Below are positions 59,701 to 64,000 of a stretch of DNA of 64,000 nt, piece after piece (the first letter of the stretch is position 1; every line of letters starts with the position of its first letter). Origin of the DNA: Schizochytrium sp. TIO01 (Eukaryota > Protista > Bigyra: Labyrinthulomycetes); NCBI GenBank assembly GCA_004764695.1, contig SMSO01000025.1:3472001-3536000 (forward strand), written 5' to 3'. A model generated the notes under the pieces. That model searched no databases and was not told where the DNA came from. It saw only the letters and a list, made by a program, of their open reading frames with translations. The translations under genes and the position numbers were made by a program.

Positions 59701-61322
59701 TATTCAACCAAACTCTAGGCACCCTCTAGCCCCAGCTACAAGTTTTTAAGTACTTAGCGATGGCAGATGCAGACCCTGCCAAGCTTTGAAGAAATCCTGA
59801 CCTAAATTGGATAACTCAAACAAGAATGGAGACGACCTCGTGAACATGATCTGCTGGCAAACCATACAATGAAGAACCCTGACACGTCATGTACTCACTT
59901 ACCGCTGCACAATACTGAACAAGATCATAGCTCTTGGCAAAGGCATGCCCTGCCGTGGAAATGTGGGCCATTTTTTCTTAAACTCTAGTTTTATTTCATT
60001 CGCACAGGTAAGCTTAAATTAAATCTTCGATCAAACGATGACCTCTTCCTTTCCTTCCTATCAGTTGTTGCGCGTCAATCCTTTGCTTGAAAGTCTTTCG
60101 CGGGTTCCTGCCTTACTCCAAATGCTCGTGCACATGTATATATTGGGCTAGTTGATACAAACAACGAATTATTGCCTCTACAAACACTCGTTTATGCATC
60201 GAAGATCTCACTATATGCGAGCTATATTTGCTCGACAGGCAGAATTATGCTCATTTCAAAGTGTCTAAACTCATTAAAGCAGCAACGTTTTAACCTATTA
60301 ATGGCAGAGCATACATCTAGCCTTGCTTGTATGGTGCACTAATTTTTTCTGGCCGAACAGTTTGCTTTCCTCCCTGGTGCGGAACTAGTGTATCCGAGTT
60401 AACATTTATGTTTCATGGTCTCTGCCCTTGTAGGTCAGTCTCCTGAGTATTGCTCATGAGAGAAATGCCACACGCCTTAAATTAGTGGTACAGCAAGCAA
60501 GAATATCTTCAAGATTTTAGGTTTGAGCGCGTATTGAAATCGATATTGATGGATTAGGAAGCAACAGACAAACGTTGTAATCTCCAAAGCCACTGAACAT
60601 GAGTTTTGTATGCTATTTTGTCTTCTGCGGGCAAGAAACACTTCCTAGACGAAATTCTGAATACTGAATGAAGATTAGTAGCTAGCAATTTAGCCAGGGA
60701 ACGACCATGAGGTTTGGAGAATCCGAAGGATACGATACAACTGATCTAATTTGAAAGTAAATTGAGATTCCAGATAATGGGATTGTTTAACAAATAATGG
60801 CAGATCTCTAAGCTATAATAACTCTAGTAAGAGGGGAAATTACAGCATTACTGAAACTCCAACAGTCGACGCAAACGCATTGAGTCTACGGAAGTCTATG
60901 AAATTATTCTTTTAAAAATACAAAAATTAGTGTTGCCCTTTACCTTCTCTAAAGAGTGCTGTGTAGCTTTCGCATATTGCAATATCAGAACTGTAAGGTT
61001 CTGAAAAACATTTGCGTGCTCTTAACAAGATCGTGGAACGACACATTTAATCATAAATGTAGCCTACTTATGATGGGAAACTGACAATCAAGGGAGGAGA
61101 TAAAACGATCTAGGTGCGCCCTTGAAAGTCTGAATACGGCTAAAATACATGTACTTTAATACCTCCAACTATGGTAAAAAGCATGAGTTCTTTGCTACTG
61201 CTTTCCTAGCGGGAGAGCCTGTTTGTTGGTTGTTGCTATATTTGTATAGTTTTACAATTCAAAGTTACTAGTTTTGGCACTGCTTTACAAACTCATCGCG
61301 TTCATTGTTCTCAAAAGTTCAT

Positions 61323-63998
61323 TTACTCGGCAAGAGAGGATTCATCTGCATCGAAAAACGCATCTGTTTGCTCAACAACTGTTTGAAATACGTTTTCAAG
61401 CCCAGTTGTGCAGAGAGCATAAGATCGAATAAGTAAAGATGCGTGGTTTGTCTCCAAGAATTCGAACATATCAGCCACAGAAGCAGTGGCATTTACGATA
61501 CTAAATTGTAGATAAGATTCATGTCTGTCTTCCAGAGCAACCACTTCTTCACCACCCCAAGCTTTGGCCAGGTGCTGCTGTAAGCGTGTTACTGCATCCT
61601 CCTGCAACCACCAGCGCTGAAATTCGAGCCAGCTCACACGAGCAATCGATGGCAGATTGAGCATAAAGCCCACCGTACTAGACGCTGCCTCGCCCTTTGG
61701 TTGCAATGCTTGAAATCGTAAAGCATTGCCTAAGAATTCGCACACTTCATAGAGATCAGTTTGGTTTACATAACCATCCGCTACACAAGGTGGCGTTGGC
61801 AGACGAGCACTTTCGTCGACACGCGGGTTAGCCAAAGTTACTTCCAAAGATACAGCAGATCCGTAGAGTTTCTTCAAATGAGTGGCTGTACCTATTGCTC
61901 GCAAGCGACCCCCAATTAAAATGCCGATGCGGGTACTTAACGTTTCCACTTCAGGCATACTGTGGCTTACCAACATCACTGCTGACTGGGTCTGTCTTGT
62001 CGTATCACGAATCACATCCCACATAAACCGTTGAGACAGTGCATCGACTCCGCTCGTAGGTTCATCCAGAATGATTACTTCGGGAGACCCAAGCATTGCA
62101 ATTGCTGCTGAAAGTTTACGCTTATTTCCTCCGGACAGGTGCTTTGCAATCACATTTTTGAACTTCATAAGTTGCATTCGCTCAATACTTGTGCGCACAG
62201 CTTTATGTACATCAGACAGTCCACGAATCTGCGCGTACATGGTCAAATGTTCCTGAACAGTCAGAAGATCATACAGAGCATCGTGTTGAGGGCAGTAGCC
62301 AAGAGATCTTCGCGCTTTAGTAAGTTGAGTTCGCACACTGGAACCTAAAATTGTTGCTGTACCAGCTGTGGCGGTTTCTCCACCTGTTAGAATGCGGATG
62401 GTTGTACTCTTACCTGCGCCATTCACACCGAGATAGCCAAATACTTCACCTCGACGAATACCTAGCCATAGGTCATCAACAGCTACCTTCTGATCATATC
62501 GTTTCGTAAGTCCAAGAATTTGAACGGCATCATCCTTTGTGGAATTGACGCGAGCACGCTCTACCTGGACATCTAAAGATCCTTGAACCATAAGCCTGTT
62601 CTCTAATACCTCCATACGCGTAGGAACATGGTTTTCGGGCTTTGGATGAGACATCTCATCGTCCTTCAATGACGCGGAGCTATCACTAACTTCAACTTCG
62701 ATTTCATCAAATTCTTTGGAAAAAGTAGCAGGCACAATCTCAGTACCTCCTGTTCCTACGCTATGTCTTGGAGAAGATCCTAAGGCTGCTACTGTTTGTG
62801 CAGGCGCTGCATTTGCAGTGAGACTGCTGTTGTTAGCAATCACTTCAGTAGAAACAGGAGGTTCCTCCGCTACTAGGGCAGCTGCAGCAGCGTTAACATT
62901 CTTGAGATGCTTTTTTGCAATGGCGTCCGACCGAAGACAGGAAACACTCGAAGGCAACTCACGAAACGTAACATACAGCCAGCAGACAACACCGACACCT
63001 AGTAGATAGCCTACACTAATAAGGGTATTATCAAATGATGGCTCGTATCTGCCTTCAATACTTGTCATGTTTGTCACATTCGCCAGAGCCAAGGTAACGG
63101 CTGTCTGAGACGCATCCGAAACCGGTTCTGGAAATAGGTTTGTGCAAAGCCCAAAGGTTGCCCAGGGATTGTTTGATGCACAATCGGTGACAACCTCAGT
63201 TTGTAACCGGAGTAAGCCATCAGCAAACGCGTATCCCGGGAAGAATGAGAAGCAATACCGCAGATAGTCATCTGCAAGTGTTACAGAGGATATCGAACCA
63301 ATATCCAGATGAACCACCTTCAAGACATAAACTAACACAGAAAGTGCCCCACCGGTAATGATTTGAAATAAAACCATCACAACCAAAGCATCTGCATGAT
63401 TCCGGAAGGAGAAACTCATCGCGTATGCCAAAGGCACGCATACAAATACAAATGCAAGAGTCAGAACGGTTGCTTGCTGAATCACTGTTGTTGCATATGT
63501 AAGCGAGCTCAAACTTGCGTACATAAGCACGAAAGGCAAAGAAACAACAGGTAGGACAGTAGAAAACTGATCAAAAACATAATGAGCTCCCCAATATGTA
63601 GAACGATATACACCATTGACAAGTTGTTGAAATTTAGTTTGCCGGTCAGCTTCAGTCTCAAGCACGGCAAATGCGATCACTGAACCTGGAGGAAAGAGAA
63701 ATCCCAAAAACAGAACTAAGGTACGTACAAATGCATTGACATACTCTTGAATCACACCGAGAGAGCGATAATTACAATACTCATTGTAATTGAGTTTTCC
63801 AGTATTGCTAAAGAGATAGATAGGGTCTAGCGGCGTAGCAGATTGACAAAGATAGAAGGGCGACTTATGGTTTCGAGGATTGCAACATTCACTTGCATCA
63901 CAAAGCCATGGCAATGCATAACAGTAACTATATGTATGTACATAACAATTGAGCTGCTCCCGCTGTGCATCTTGAACCTCGACACATTGCGGAAGTTC
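61323..63998 (-). CDS. ABCA-subfamily transporter, 3' part (ECD/TMD + NBD + regulatory domain); 5' end lies beyond the window
   Basis: The frame stays open to the window edge (ELPQCVEVQ...YALPWLC). Motifs: ABCA-type ETEADRQTKFQQLVNGVYRSTYW, Walker A GVNGAGKST, Q-loop GYCPQHD, signature LSGGNKRKLS, Walker B IILDEPTSGVD, H-loop VSHSM, HLKKLYG and terminal TGLENVF. Confidence 0.93.
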   Translation of the reverse strand, partial: ELPQCVEVQDAQREQLNCYVHTYSYCYALPWLCDASECCNPRNHKSPFYLCQSATPLDPIYLFSNTGKLNYNEYCNYRSLGVIQEYVNAFVRTLVLFLGFLFPPGSVIAFAVLETEADRQTKFQQLVNGVYRSTYWGAHYVFDQFSTVLPVVSLPFVLMYASLSSLTYATTVIQQATVLTLAFVFVCVPLAYAMSFSFRNHADALVVMVLFQIITGGALSVLVYVLKVVHLDIGSISSVTLADDYLRYCFSFFPGYAFADGLLRLQTEVVTDCASNNPWATFGLCTNLFPEPVSDASQTAVTLALANVTNMTSIEGRYEPSFDNTLISVGYLLGVGVVCWLYVTFRELPSSVSCLRSDAIAKKHLKNVNAAAAALVAEEPPVSTEVIANNSSLTANAAPAQTVAALGSSPRHSVGTGGTEIVPATFSKEFDEIEVEVSDSSASLKDDEMSHPKPENHVPTRMEVLENRLMVQGSLDVQVERARVNSTKDDAVQILGLTKRYDQKVAVDDLWLGIRRGEVFGYLGVNGAGKSTTIRILTGGETATAGTATILGSSVRTQLTKARRSLGYCPQHDALYDLLTVQEHLTMYAQIRGLSDVHKAVRTSIERMQLMKFKNVIAKHLSGGNKRKLSAAIAMLGSPEVIILDEPTSGVDALSQRFMWDVIRDTTRQTQSAVMLVSHSMPEVETLSTRIGILIGGRLRAIGTATHLKKLYGSAVSLEVTLANPRVDESARLPTPPCVADGYVNQTDLYEVCEFLGNALRFQALQPKGEAASSTVGFMLNLPSIARVSWLEFQRWWLQEDAVTRLQQHLAKAWGGEEVVALEDRHESYLQFSIVNATASVADMFEFLETNHASLLIRSYALCTTGLENVFQTVVEQTDAFFDADESSLAE

Positions 63999-64000
63999 AT

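Overview
Eukaryotic nuclear DNA, probably a protist. A thraustochytrid/labyrinthulomycete stramenopile is my inference from the uninterrupted coding regions, the gene set and the dense tetranucleotide microsatellites; it is not proven. The left 25 kb holds a decayed ankyrin-repeat gene, a rhomboid protease whose coding end overlaps that of the convergent SAM50 gene, a divergent SYLF/Ysc84-domain protein, a 1365-aa class-I-like PI3-kinase and a Q-rich putative transcriptional regulator. A ~36-kb stretch follows (25068-61322) with no recognisable protein gene, only an intron-containing tRNA-Ser(UGA) and many microsatellites. The window ends in the 3' part of an ABCA transporter that runs off the right edge. 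The most notable feature is the PI3K architecture: 3xWW, coiled coil, cNMP-binding domain (cGMP-type RTA motif), GAF (NKxnFxxxD), C2, helical, kinase. This suggests a PIP3-producing kinase controlled directly by cyclic nucleotide rather than by Ras/p85. It is flanked by a candidate phosphoinositide-binding protein (WW-ligand and Akt-type motifs) and a nuclear protein with repeated RRxS and SUMO motifs. All calls come from reading motifs by eye; no searches were run.
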